Source of the DNA: Minisyncoccota bacterium
GTDB taxonomy: Bacteria > Patescibacteriota > Minisyncoccia > Phycocordibacterales > DASSSU01
NCBI GenBank assembly: GCA_035708305.1
Contig: DASSSU010000020.1
Location: forward strand, 8,481 to 72,480
Reading direction: 5' to 3'
Length of the DNA: 64,000 bases
The notes below the pieces were generated by a model. That model did not search any database. It worked only from the letters and a program-made list of their open reading frames with translations, and was not told the DNA's origin. Below, in pieces: positions 46,896-55,819 of the stretch. Position 1 is the first letter of the stretch, and every line of letters begins with the position of its first letter. Position numbers and translations under genes: made by a program.

Positions 46896-48107
46896 TTAAA
46901 TGCTGTTGGACAGCGAGTAAATCGGCGTAATCATCGAAACGGCAAAAAATCCAACGGCAGAAGCAATGACCAGCATGAGGATCGGCTCGATAATCGTAGA
47001 CATGTCCTTCGTTGCAATCTCCACTTCTCCTTCATAAAAAATCGCCAAGCGCTCCAGCATTTTGATCAGCTGCCCGGTTTCTTCTCCCACTTCCATCATT
47101 TCTCCCACCAAAAGCGGGAAGAGGTTGTCGTGCTCAGCAAACGCCTGGTGGATCGGCTCGCCCTTTTCCACACAAATGATCGCCTCGTCAATCACCTTTC
47201 GAAAGTACACGTTTGGCACCACTTGCCGGGTGATTTTCAGCGCTTCGATAACCTCCACTCCGGAAGCGAGCAGAGATGAAAACGTGCGGCTCATGTAGGC
47301 GGCATTCGATTCCTTCACGATGTTTTTGATCACCGGCACATACAAAACACAGAAGTGATACGTTCGCTTGCCTCTTTCCGTACGGAAGAACAAAAAAACC
47401 CCGATGATCACGGCAATAATGAGACCCAAGGCAAGAACCGTGTCTTTCGCCAAAAAGTTGGAAACGGCAATGATCATTCTCGTGGACGCCGGAAGCTGTG
47501 CGCCCAGAGAACTGAAAGTAGAAGTCAAGGTTGGGACCACAAAGATGAACATGAGAATTCCAATAACGACCATGGCAGAAATTACGATCGACGGATAGAT
47601 CATCGCACCGGTGATTTTTTTTCGCATGTTGTAGCTTTTTTCCAGCTGATTGCCCACTACTTCAAGTGATTGTGGAAGCGTTCCCGACTGTTCACCTGCG
47701 CGCACCATTGCCACAAAAAGCTCCGGAAATATTTTGGGGTATTTCGCCAAACCGGAGGAAAGTGTATTGCCGCTCTCAATGTTCTGCGCAAACTCGTCCA
47801 GCATTTTTTGCATTTTCGCGTTTTTGGTCTGGCGCCGAAGCACGCTGAGTGCGCGCGACATCGGAAGCCCTGCCTCCACCATCGCGGCAAGATTTCGCGC
47901 AAAAATAATTTTTTCACGCAGCTTGACCGTCGCGAGGAGATTGTTGAGGTCTTTGAAGTTCCATTTTTTTTCTTTGACTTCATGAATGGAGATGAGTTCC
48001 GTCCCGGCTTTTTTGAGATCCTCCTGAAGCGTGTAACGGTCTTTTGCCACCGTGGTCTTTTCCACCACAGCTCCGTTCACCGCTGCCTTGTACATAAACG
48101 TCGGCAT
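46896..48107 (-). CDS. pilC: Type IV pilus / type II secretion platform protein (GspF/PilC family)
   Basis: 403 aa with two GspF-type repeats and 3 TM. N-terminus MPTFMYKAAVNGAVVEKTTVAKDRYTLQEDLKKAG is typical of PilC. Confidence 0.85.
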   Translation of the reverse strand: MPTFMYKAAVNGAVVEKTTVAKDRYTLQEDLKKAGTELISIHEVKEKKWNFKDLNNLLATVKLREKIIFARNLAAMVEAGLPMSRALSVLRRQTKNAKMQKMLDEFAQNIESGNTLSSGLAKYPKIFPELFVAMVRAGEQSGTLPQSLEVVGNQLEKSYNMRKKITGAMIYPSIVISAMVVIGILMFIFVVPTLTSTFSSLGAQLPASTRMIIAVSNFLAKDTVLALGLIIAVIIGVFLFFRTERGKRTYHFCVLYVPVIKNIVKESNAAYMSRTFSSLLASGVEVIEALKITRQVVPNVYFRKVIDEAIICVEKGEPIHQAFAEHDNLFPLLVGEMMEVGEETGQLIKMLERLAIFYEGEVEIATKDMSTIIEPILMLVIASAVGFFAVSMITPIYSLSNSI

Positions 48108-48267
48108 AAAGAAGCTTTTTTGATACTTCCATTATGACATAAACTTTGAAAATAAACGGGGTGTTGATTGCGAAATGTGTGGAAAAGTGATAAAGTTGAG
48201 CCATTCACAAGTTTTCCACCAAGCAATTCAATATTTCTTTTTGTGAACGAGTCTTGGCTAAAGAGGC

Positions 48268-48921
48268 TTGTTTTTGTTTTTCTCTATGAAACGCGGACGA
48301 AGAAAACCATCACGCCGACCAGATGGAACACGGATTAACGAATACATCCGTGTGCCTGAAGTGCGTCTTTTTGATGAAAACGATCAGATGATCGGCATCG
48401 TGCCAATTGCTGAAGCACTGAGACAAGCACGAGAATCCGAGGTGGATTTGATCGAAGTGGTTCCCGGAGCCGTTCCCCCTATTGCAAAACTGATGGATTA
48501 TGGTAAATTTCAGTACGAAAAGAAGAAAAAAGAGCGCGACGCGCGTGCAAAGCAGAAAAGCACCGAAACCAAGTCCCTTCAGGTAAAAATCGGCACTGGT
48601 GAGCACGACTTGAACCTCAAGGCAAAGCGAGCCTCCGAATGGCTGAAAGAAGGACACCGGATCAAGCTTGACCTTTATCTCCGCGGACGCTCCAAGTACC
48701 TTGACCAGAACTTCCTGCAGAGCCGTCTTGATCGCCTTTTGCATCTTCTCACCACGGATTACAAAATCGCCACACCGCCCAAAAAAAGTCCAAAGGGGCT
48801 GAGCGTGATTCTTGAACACTCCTCCCGACCAAAAACACCGGAGGGCGAGAAAAAAGAAATTTCCGCAGAAAAAGCCGAGAAAACCAAACCAGAAATCAAC
48901 CAAAACCATGAAAACCAATAA
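48268..48921 (+). CDS. infC: Translation initiation factor IF-3 with Lys/Glu-rich C-terminal extension
   Basis: INEYIRVPEVRLFDENDQMIGIVPIAEALRQARESEVDLIEVVPGAVPPIAKLMDYGKFQYEKKKKE matches the IF3 N-domain and linker. The actual start may be a non-ATG codon inside the ORF. Confidence 0.85.
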   Translation: MFLFFSMKRGRRKPSRRPDGTRINEYIRVPEVRLFDENDQMIGIVPIAEALRQARESEVDLIEVVPGAVPPIAKLMDYGKFQYEKKKKERDARAKQKSTETKSLQVKIGTGEHDLNLKAKRASEWLKEGHRIKLDLYLRGRSKYLDQNFLQSRLDRLLHLLTTDYKIATPPKKSPKGLSVILEHSSRPKTPEGEKKEISAEKAEKTKPEINQNHENQ

Positions 48922-49129
48922 ATCCATCACCAAAAGATTTAAAATCACCAAAAACGGTAAGATGTTGACCCGAAAGGGCGGCGGAAATCACTTCAACGCC
49001 AAAGAAAGCCGAGAAAAGCAGCTCTCTCGCAAAACACAGCGGCCGATCACACTCAAGAACAAGGTCCGCGGACGCTTTCTGCCGGGACTCCGGGTGAAAT
49101 CCAAAGCATCCACAAAGGAAACCAATTAA
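48908..49129 (+). CDS. rpmI: 50S ribosomal protein L35 (embedded in longer track ORF 48812..49129)
   Basis: MKTNKSITKRFKITKNGKMLTRKGGGNHFNAKESREKQLSRKTQRPITLKNKVRGRFLPG is L35-like (MPK.KTKS..KKRFK.T..GK). Classic infC-rpmI-rplT order. Confidence 0.8.
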   Translation: MKTNKSITKRFKITKNGKMLTRKGGGNHFNAKESREKQLSRKTQRPITLKNKVRGRFLPGLRVKSKASTKETN

Positions 49130-49139
49130 CCATAAAATT

Positions 49140-49487
49140 ATGCCAAGAGTAAAACGAGGAACCATTAAAGCAAAGCGGCGACGAAACCTTTTGAGTCAAG
49201 TGAAAGGCTATCAGTTCGGACGCAGCACGAAGAAGCGCCAAGCACGCGAAGCGATCTTTCACGCAGGAAACCATGCCTTCGCTCACCGGCGTGACAAAAA
49301 GAACGATTACCGCCGCCTCTGGCAGGTTCAGATCAATGCCTATTTGCGCGAACTTGGCGCACCCTCCTACAGCAAATTTATGGGGCTTTTGAAAAAGAAA
49401 GAAATCGGAGTGAACCGAAAAATGCTCGCTCTCCTCGCAAGAGAAAATCCAGAAGCCTTTCAGGCAATCATCGAAAAAACAAAATAA
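49140..49487 (+). CDS. rplT: 50S ribosomal protein L20
   Basis: MPRVKRGTIKAKRRRNLLSQVKGYQFGRSTKKRQAREA matches the L20 consensus. Confidence 0.9.
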   Translation: MPRVKRGTIKAKRRRNLLSQVKGYQFGRSTKKRQAREAIFHAGNHAFAHRRDKKNDYRRLWQVQINAYLRELGAPSYSKFMGLLKKKEIGVNRKMLALLARENPEAFQAIIEKTK

Positions 49488-49489
49488 AA

Positions 49490-49535
49490 AAATAAAAACC
49501 GCTTGTGGGCGGTTTTTATTTTTTTATTTTTCTTA
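49490..49535 (+). terminator. Rho-independent terminator after rplT
   Basis: aaccgc-ttgtgg-gcggtt hairpin followed by tttatttttttattttt. Confidence 0.65.
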
Positions 49536-49574
49536 TTTTTGAGATTTCTTTCTTCCCTGCTCTTTCGCCGGGAA

Positions 49575-50069
49575 TTATTCTGTCTCTTTCAGTTTAATCG
49601 CATTTCCCATCTTCAGCGAGAGAAAGAAAATACCCGCTACAAAGGCACCGACTGTATCAAAAAATAGATCACCTAAAGTATCCAAAATGTTATTTGCTCC
49701 TCCCACCGGCATAATTTGATAGAGGTAGAGCAGAAGTTCAAAGACTTCCCACAAAACCCCGATCAGCAAACCGGAGAGAATGCCGGTCGCCAAAACGGAG
49801 AAGATTCCCGACTGATGTACCCTCCTTGGTCCCTGCTTTGTTTTTTCGATTCTTGACTCTTCCGGGAGACGCAAAAGGAAAAACCACAGGCCAATAGAAC
49901 CGGACCACAACCCGCCCAAGAAGTGCATCGGCATGTCAAACCATGGAAAATCCCAATACAAATGCACTTCCATAGCGAAAAAATTCACCACCCCGATAAA
50001 CACCAAAAGCCAAAAAAGCAAGAGCAGATATGTCCTTTTTTCCATGGGCATCATTATACCGCAAGGCAC
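49575..50069 (-). CDS. Small polytopic membrane protein (possibly VanZ-like), hypothetical
   Basis: 164 aa with 4 predicted TM helices. No clear motif. Confidence 0.35.
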   Translation of the reverse strand: MPCGIMMPMEKRTYLLLLFWLLVFIGVVNFFAMEVHLYWDFPWFDMPMHFLGGLWSGSIGLWFFLLRLPEESRIEKTKQGPRRVHQSGIFSVLATGILSGLLIGVLWEVFELLLYLYQIMPVGGANNILDTLGDLFFDTVGAFVAGIFFLSLKMGNAIKLKETE

Positions 50070-50139
50070 TTTTTTCGTAAATTTATAGAAGAAAATCTAC
50101 CCAAAGGTATAAGATTCTCGCCTTAACTTTAATTTTTAT

Positions 50140-50180
50140 ATTAAAAACAAAACAAAATCCCCTTTCGGGGATTTTGTTTT
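50140..50180. terminator. Bidirectional rho-independent terminator hairpin
   Basis: aaaatcccc-tttc-ggggatttt perfect hairpin flanked by A/T runs on both strands. Confidence 0.6.
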
Positions 50181-50306
50181 GGGCGGTTATGAGATATTAC
50201 CTAGCAAATTGCCAGGTGGGTGTCCTCCACTTTATGCCAATGGCGCAAAGTGAGTCGGGCTCCCTATAAAAACATAACCTAGTTAATATACAGCCATAAC
50301 CGCTCC
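50181..50306. ncRNA. Candidate structured small RNA (~125 nt) of unknown class
   Basis: 5' GCGGTTATG (50183-50191) pairs perfectly with 3' CATAACCGC (50295-50303) as a 9-bp closing helix. Internal GTGG/CCAC hairpin. It lies in a ~280-bp non-coding gap directly abutting a terminator hairpin. No ORF. Confidence 0.3.
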
Positions 50307-50352
50307 TTCATTATATGATACTTCTGCTGAAGTTCCAATGAATTTAGCTTTT

Positions 50353-51360
50353 TTACAAAAAAGAAAAAGTTTGCACGATGGATTGGAGGGATGATTCAAG
50401 TTTTTGCTTATCCTGGTCAGTGAACTTTTGAATGGTTCCCGTCGCATACACTTCGTAAACACTCGAGGTCAGGCGGGCATCAATCTGGAAACATTGATTG
50501 TTGTGCCAAACCTGGTAGAGGATATCGTCACTTTGGTGACTCATTGCCGCGTCACCGCTTTCAAAAACAAAAAAGTTCTGCCCGTTGATAGATTCTTGGT
50601 GTGTGGCCGTTTTCACCGGAACGTTTTCACCAGCTTCACATTCTTGCTCTGTGGTAGCATTCTTGAGCACTTGTACCGATACACCCGCACTGCCAAAGTT
50701 CGTTCCAGAATATTCCTTCCCCGTGAAATACACACAGCCGAGAAAATCTCCCGATCCTTCTCCGCACGGCGGAATATAGCTAGAAAACTCTGCAGAGATC
50801 TTTTCACTCTTTTTCACCACCGCGAAATCGTCGGATGGGTACGCAAGACGAAAACCGTCTGCTTCATCTGAAAAAACAGTCCAACCATTCGGAACAGATG
50901 AAGCTGCAATGCTCTGACTCGTGCCGCTTGCGTTTTGGTTTTGAGCAGATTGATTCACCACTTCAACGGAAGAAACATCGATCGTCCCAACCGTGTTGTA
51001 TTTGTTCCCCGCTTCTGGTTCTTGAAGCACCCCCGTTACGCGTACGGTTTTCCCGGTTTCAAATGACGGCACTCCCAATCCCGGATTCGAAGCCTGCAAC
51101 CCAAAATACATACCGTCGTCCCCTTTCAGCCCAATAGCGCATTCAAGTGTCTGTGGACCTGTGGTGTCTTTGTGCGGCAGACATGCCACCGTTCCACTTT
51201 GGACAATTTCTGTGCCAAATTTATCAGCAAACGGCGAGCCGGTCTGTGGTGAGCCTGGTTTTCCTTTTTCAAAAAGCGTGATTCCGCCAATCGCGATCAC
51301 AATCAGTAAAAATATAATAATAATTCCCCATGTTTTTTTCATACCCCTATGGTACCACAT
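50353..51360 (-). CDS. Secreted hypothetical protein (N-terminal TM anchor)
   Basis: 335 aa with N-terminal hydrophobic helix MKKTWGIIIIFLLIVIAIGGITLF. No recognisable family. Confidence 0.4.
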   Translation of the reverse strand: MWYHRGMKKTWGIIIIFLLIVIAIGGITLFEKGKPGSPQTGSPFADKFGTEIVQSGTVACLPHKDTTGPQTLECAIGLKGDDGMYFGLQASNPGLGVPSFETGKTVRVTGVLQEPEAGNKYNTVGTIDVSSVEVVNQSAQNQNASGTSQSIAASSVPNGWTVFSDEADGFRLAYPSDDFAVVKKSEKISAEFSSYIPPCGEGSGDFLGCVYFTGKEYSGTNFGSAGVSVQVLKNATTEQECEAGENVPVKTATHQESINGQNFFVFESGDAAMSHQSDDILYQVWHNNQCFQIDARLTSSVYEVYATGTIQKFTDQDKQKLESSLQSIVQTFSFL

Positions 51361-51419
51361 TTTAAAAACATTGCGGATAGTTTTTTTGCTTTTGAGGGAT
51401 TTTTTTCTTCAGGAATCTC

Positions 51420-52637
51420 CTACGATTTCCCAAAAATTTCACGAAAGCTCAAGCGGCGGCTGTACTCAAGCGCGCCGTAACGAAAGGCGCGCGCCGCACT
51501 GAAGAGCACGGTCATCATGCAGACCGTGAGAATAAAAAGCCCAAGCGCAGTTTCCCAGGATGCGAGATTGCCCGCGGCATTTCGAAGCAAGAGCGTGACC
51601 GGAGCGGTTGTCGGAAAAAAGCTGAAAACCTTCACAATGATCTGGCTCGGATCCGAAAGGATCGCCTGCACCGCATAGAGCGGGATGAACATGGAAAACA
51701 TCACCAGGCCAAAAAATCTCGCCGCTTCTTTCCCGGTCGGCATCACTGCACCGATCGTGACTAAAAGTCCGGTAAAGAGAAAGAACGCGAGGACAAAAAT
51801 TGCTGCCGCAATCGCAATCGGCCCCGGGGAGAGGTCAATGTTCACCAGCCATCCGGCCGGAAGAGCAGAACCCTTTCCAAAATACACAAAGCCGATAATG
51901 ATCGGAACGAGCATCACAGCGATCCGCACCAGTGCCAAAAGAATGAGTGAGATAATTTTTCCAAAAAGAAGCGTCTGAGAAGTCACCGTCGTGAGAATCA
52001 TTTCGATCACGCGATTTTCTTTTTCCTCTGTCGTACTGGCGAGCATTTCGTTTCCCATCAGCATGATAAGCAGGAAAAACAGTACCAGAAACAGCCCCGG
52101 AGCGATTACACTTTCAAAGCCTTTCGCCTTCTCACCGTTTTCGTAGGTGATGAGCGCAGTGGTAACCGCACTGCTGTCGTTCACGATCGCGAGTCTCACC
52201 GGAGAAGTGATCTCGCTTTCGGCACTCAGACGAAGGAGCTTTTGCGCAAAACTCTCGTATTTGCCGTTGTTGAAGAGACCAACATCCTTCGCATAAATTT
52301 GCACCGGCTCTTTCGTCGGGTCTTCTGGGTAAATAATAAATTCATCCAATACGCCGGATTTTACGCGGCTGATCCCCTCCTCTTTGTTTTCTATATCAGA
52401 AATGCTGAACTGCTTTTTTGCCACCTCGGTGATAATTCCGGACTGGTCTAAAATCGCCACTTTCAAAGGCGCCTGCAGTGCGGCTTCTTGCGCATTTGAT
52501 GCCGCTTGTGCGGAGAGAAAAGAAATTCCTCCCACCACTCCCACGAGAAGCGGAATGGCAAGAATGCTCACCCAGAACGATTTCTTTTTGATCGCTCGGA
52601 TGAATTCAAACAAAATTACCGTTCTCAGGTTATGCAT
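51420..52637 (-). CDS. ABC-2 family transporter permease (start taken at MHNLRTV; track ORF extends to 52706)
   Basis: N-terminal TM, large extracytoplasmic loop, then a 5-TM C-terminal bundle typical of ABC-2 permeases. Lies downstream of the ATPase. Confidence 0.65.
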   Translation of the reverse strand: MHNLRTVILFEFIRAIKKKSFWVSILAIPLLVGVVGGISFLSAQAASNAQEAALQAPLKVAILDQSGIITEVAKKQFSISDIENKEEGISRVKSGVLDEFIIYPEDPTKEPVQIYAKDVGLFNNGKYESFAQKLLRLSAESEITSPVRLAIVNDSSAVTTALITYENGEKAKGFESVIAPGLFLVLFFLLIMLMGNEMLASTTEEKENRVIEMILTTVTSQTLLFGKIISLILLALVRIAVMLVPIIIGFVYFGKGSALPAGWLVNIDLSPGPIAIAAAIFVLAFFLFTGLLVTIGAVMPTGKEAARFFGLVMFSMFIPLYAVQAILSDPSQIIVKVFSFFPTTAPVTLLLRNAAGNLASWETALGLFILTVCMMTVLFSAARAFRYGALEYSRRLSFREIFGKS

Positions 52638-53586
52638 AAGAAGTTTTTTCGTTTTCGCTGTAAATGTCCACAAAGAGATCTTCAAGGGATGCACGCCCGG
52701 CTTCAAAAGAAGCTAGCTTTATCCCCGGCATATTAGCTAAAAATTTCAAAACCGCTTCGCTCTCCACGTTGTCCGCCACCAGAAGCTCCGCCCCGGACAT
52801 TCCCTCTCGCGAACGAACGCGGTACAAGTCAGTACGTTCCGGAAGCGTTCCCGAAAAGCGCACACGAACCGTGTTACCACCATACGTTTTGCGAATTTCT
52901 TCAAGCGTTCCATAGAGACGGCGAAAACCGTCCTTCAGCAGCATGACCCGATCACAGAGACGCTCCACTTCGTCCATGTGGTGCGTGACCAAAATCACCG
53001 TCGCACCATCCTTCACCCGTTCGTTCACCATGTCCACCATGAGACGGCGGTTCACCGGATCCAGCCCTTTGGTTGGCTCATCGAGGATAAGCAGCGCTGG
53101 GTGGTTCATCATCGTCACGCCAAGCTGAATCTTTTGCTGCTGACCACCCGAAAGGCTTCCCAGCTGTTTGTGCGCTTTGTCTGCCAAGCCAACGCGGTCA
53201 AGATATTCCAAAGAAGTTTTCCGTGCTTCAGTACGAGAGAGATTTTTCAGCTCGCCGAAATACACCATGGTATCAAGCACGGATTCTTTTTTGTAGAGTC
53301 CTCGCTCCTCAGGAAGATATCCCAGAAAGGCGCTTTCGGAAGAGTCAAAACGTTTGCCGTTTATCAGCAGCTTGCCGCGCGTGGGCTCATAAATCCCGAG
53401 AAGTGTGCGAATGGTTGTTGTTTTTCCAGATCCGTTTGAACCAAGAAATCCAAAAACTTCCCCCGAAAAAACCTCAAAAGACAAATCTTCGATGACGGTC
53501 CTTTTGCCAAACTTCATCTGAAAATTTTCTACCGCGACAATGGATTCTGAATTCATAGAAATTCTTATTGTATCACACCATATCAC
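52630..53586 (-). CDS. ABC transporter ATP-binding protein
   Basis: Walker A GFLGSNGSGKTT, signature LSGGQQQK, Walker B LLILDEPTKGLD, and H-loop. The true start is possibly MNSESIV at 53556. Confidence 0.85.
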   Translation of the reverse strand: MIWCDTIRISMNSESIVAVENFQMKFGKRTVIEDLSFEVFSGEVFGFLGSNGSGKTTTIRTLLGIYEPTRGKLLINGKRFDSSESAFLGYLPEERGLYKKESVLDTMVYFGELKNLSRTEARKTSLEYLDRVGLADKAHKQLGSLSGGQQQKIQLGVTMMNHPALLILDEPTKGLDPVNRRLMVDMVNERVKDGATVILVTHHMDEVERLCDRVMLLKDGFRRLYGTLEEIRKTYGGNTVRVRFSGTLPERTDLYRVRSREGMSGAELLVADNVESEAVLKFLANMPGIKLASFEAGRASLEDLFVDIYSENEKTSYA

Positions 53587-53613
53587 GGACCATTTTCTGG
53601 TCCAATGAAGAAA

Positions 53614-54615
53614 TTAACGTGCCGCAAACCAGATGAATGTTCCTATTTGGGAAAGCACGAAAATGGCGTACACACTTACCAGCACCACCCCTTCTTTTCG
53701 AGAAATATCGTTTTTGGTATTGGCAAAAAAGTAAAAAAGCACAAAGCCAATGGTCATCAAACCTGCCGGAAAAAAGAAGCTCGCCCTTTCAACCGGAAAT
53801 GGACCGTTAAAAATGGCAAGAAATCCGAAAATAAGCGAGTTGGTTACTGCCGAACCAAAATAATCTCCAAAGGCAATGCTGATTTTTGCTTTTTGTACCG
53901 AGCGCACCGCAATGACCAGTTCCGGCATATTGGTGCCGATGGAGATCACGAGAAGCCCGATCAACGAACTCGGAACGTGAAGCAAACCGGAAAAGTAAAC
54001 AGTTTCGTGCACCAAAAGGCTGCTGGCAAAAAAAATAATGATCGCTCCGCCGATAATTTTAAATACATCAATCTCTGTCGCATGCCGCTTCGATACCAGT
54101 TCTTCCCCCACTTCCTCGAAGACTTCCGGTGCAGAATCGGATTTTTTTTGCCACCACCATTTTCCTTTTCGGATAAAGTACAGAAGTGCGGCGTACGCGA
54201 GGAGACAAATCCAACCTTCACGGGCATGGATCGTGCCATTGAGCGTAAAGAGCGCCGGGAGCAAAATCACAAAAAGCGCTGCCATGAGTTGGGGCTTGCT
54301 GAGTGTGTCTTTCAGCCGCACACCATTCCCGACAATCGCAAGCACGGGGACAATAAAAAGCAGCACTACGAAAGATCCGCCGATCAAGTTACCCACCGAA
54401 ACTTGCGGCACATGCCCCAAGGTCGAACTTATCATTACTGAAATTTCACTCACCGACGTCAAAAAGCCAAGTACAAAAAATGCCACCGTAAAGCCACTTC
54501 GATGCAACCGCGCCGCTACCTTATCCACCGCTTCAATCAAAAGCCCCGAGATAATCCAGAGGATCGCTGCAGAAAAAATAAAAAGCAGAAGATTCAGAAA
54601 AATCGAGAATGCCAT
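53614..54615 (-). CDS. Ca2+/cation antiporter (CaCA family, YrbG-like)
   Basis: Two alpha-repeats (G.F.LGFLTSVSEISV and GTNMPELVIAVRSVQKAKISIAFGDYFGSAVTNSLIFG). ~10 TM, 333 aa. Confidence 0.65.
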   Translation of the reverse strand: MAFSIFLNLLLFIFSAAILWIISGLLIEAVDKVAARLHRSGFTVAFFVLGFLTSVSEISVMISSTLGHVPQVSVGNLIGGSFVVLLFIVPVLAIVGNGVRLKDTLSKPQLMAALFVILLPALFTLNGTIHAREGWICLLAYAALLYFIRKGKWWWQKKSDSAPEVFEEVGEELVSKRHATEIDVFKIIGGAIIIFFASSLLVHETVYFSGLLHVPSSLIGLLVISIGTNMPELVIAVRSVQKAKISIAFGDYFGSAVTNSLIFGFLAIFNGPFPVERASFFFPAGLMTIGFVLFYFFANTKNDISRKEGVVLVSVYAIFVLSQIGTFIWFAAR

Positions 54616-54675
54616 AAAAATGGGATTAAAAAAGGAATTCCATCAGTCAGACTTTTTCAGCATACCATGAAAACT

Positions 54676-55788
54676 TCAAAAACCGTGTGGAAATACTTCC
54701 CCGGGCACAGAGTACGCTTCGCCGTTTTGAAGCGCGAGAAACGGCGTGGACGGATCGGCTTTTGCACGGACAATTTGCGCACCTTCATCCTGCCCGTCCG
54801 CCGTGAGCCGAAAGGTGCCGAAGTGAATACCAATCGCCGTTTGCGCGCGAATCTTTTTTTGGATCAGAAGCGCTTCTTCGGGTGAAATATGCACGTCCCG
54901 GAAAAACACCCGCGGTCGAAAAGCCCCGATCGGAAGCAGTGCCAAACGAAAACCGTCCGGAAAACACGCAACAACTTTTTCCACCCACGGACCGTAGCCG
55001 GTATCACCCGCAAAGTAAATATTGCCGTGAGCGGTTTTTATGACAAACCCCGCCCAGAGCGTATTCATGCGATCCGAAATGGCGCGTGCCGAAAAATGCT
55101 GCGCAGGAACGGCAAAAATACCCATTCCACTTTCGAGTACCTGTCCGTCTTTCCAATCCATGTCCACCGCCCCGGAAATTCCGCGTTTTTCGAGATAAGC
55201 AACATTTCCCAGCGGGACATATATTTTGGGATCATGAACTTTGTGAAGTTTGCGAAGGGTCGGAATATCCATGTGGTCATAATGGTTATGCGAAATCAAA
55301 ACCACGTCGATTGGCGGTAGATCCTCGAAACGCACACCCGGATTGCGGTACCTTCTTGGACCAAGGAAAGATAAGGGGCTTGCGCGATACGAGTAAATCG
55401 GATCCGTCAAAATATTTACCCCCTCCGTCTGAATCAATACCGTCGCGTGATTGATGAACGTCACCAAAAGTTCCTCGCCCTCTACTCGCTTCGGCGGAAT
55501 ACTCGTTTCCACCGTTTCCATTTTCCACGCGCTTCGGTCAAACAAAGATCGGAAGCGCACTAAAAGATTTTTTTCAGCGAGAAGTTCATCCTCTCCCGGC
55601 TCGGGAATGTCCAATTTCTGGGAAGCATCTGCCAGAATGTTGAAAAACTTTTTGCCGTCGAAATGGTCGCTCATCGCACCATTATATTTTTTTGAACGCA
55701 AAAGGTGATCCATCACTGTCAGAAACACGATGAGAATCAAAAGCGCTCCGAAAAAAATCGCAAGAAAAATCATAATAAAATGCATCAA
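54676..55788 (-). CDS. MBL-fold metallo-hydrolase (NAPE-PLD/Zn-dependent hydrolase-like) with N-terminal TM
   Basis: VVLISHNHYDHMD (HxHxDH) zinc-binding motif. 370 aa. Confidence 0.7.
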   Translation of the reverse strand: MMHFIMIFLAIFFGALLILIVFLTVMDHLLRSKKYNGAMSDHFDGKKFFNILADASQKLDIPEPGEDELLAEKNLLVRFRSLFDRSAWKMETVETSIPPKRVEGEELLVTFINHATVLIQTEGVNILTDPIYSYRASPLSFLGPRRYRNPGVRFEDLPPIDVVLISHNHYDHMDIPTLRKLHKVHDPKIYVPLGNVAYLEKRGISGAVDMDWKDGQVLESGMGIFAVPAQHFSARAISDRMNTLWAGFVIKTAHGNIYFAGDTGYGPWVEKVVACFPDGFRLALLPIGAFRPRVFFRDVHISPEEALLIQKKIRAQTAIGIHFGTFRLTADGQDEGAQIVRAKADPSTPFLALQNGEAYSVPGEVFPHGF

Positions 55789-55819
55789 AAACTTCCGCGA
55801 GGTTTGAAGAAACGGGAAG

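Noticed and set aside
50181-50306. Possibility that the candidate sRNA is a TPP riboswitch or SRP/6S RNA
   Set aside because: A 'tgaga' pentamer is present, but the other TPP, SRP domain IV (GGAAG..AGCAG) and 6S features are not recognisable. Left as unclassified.
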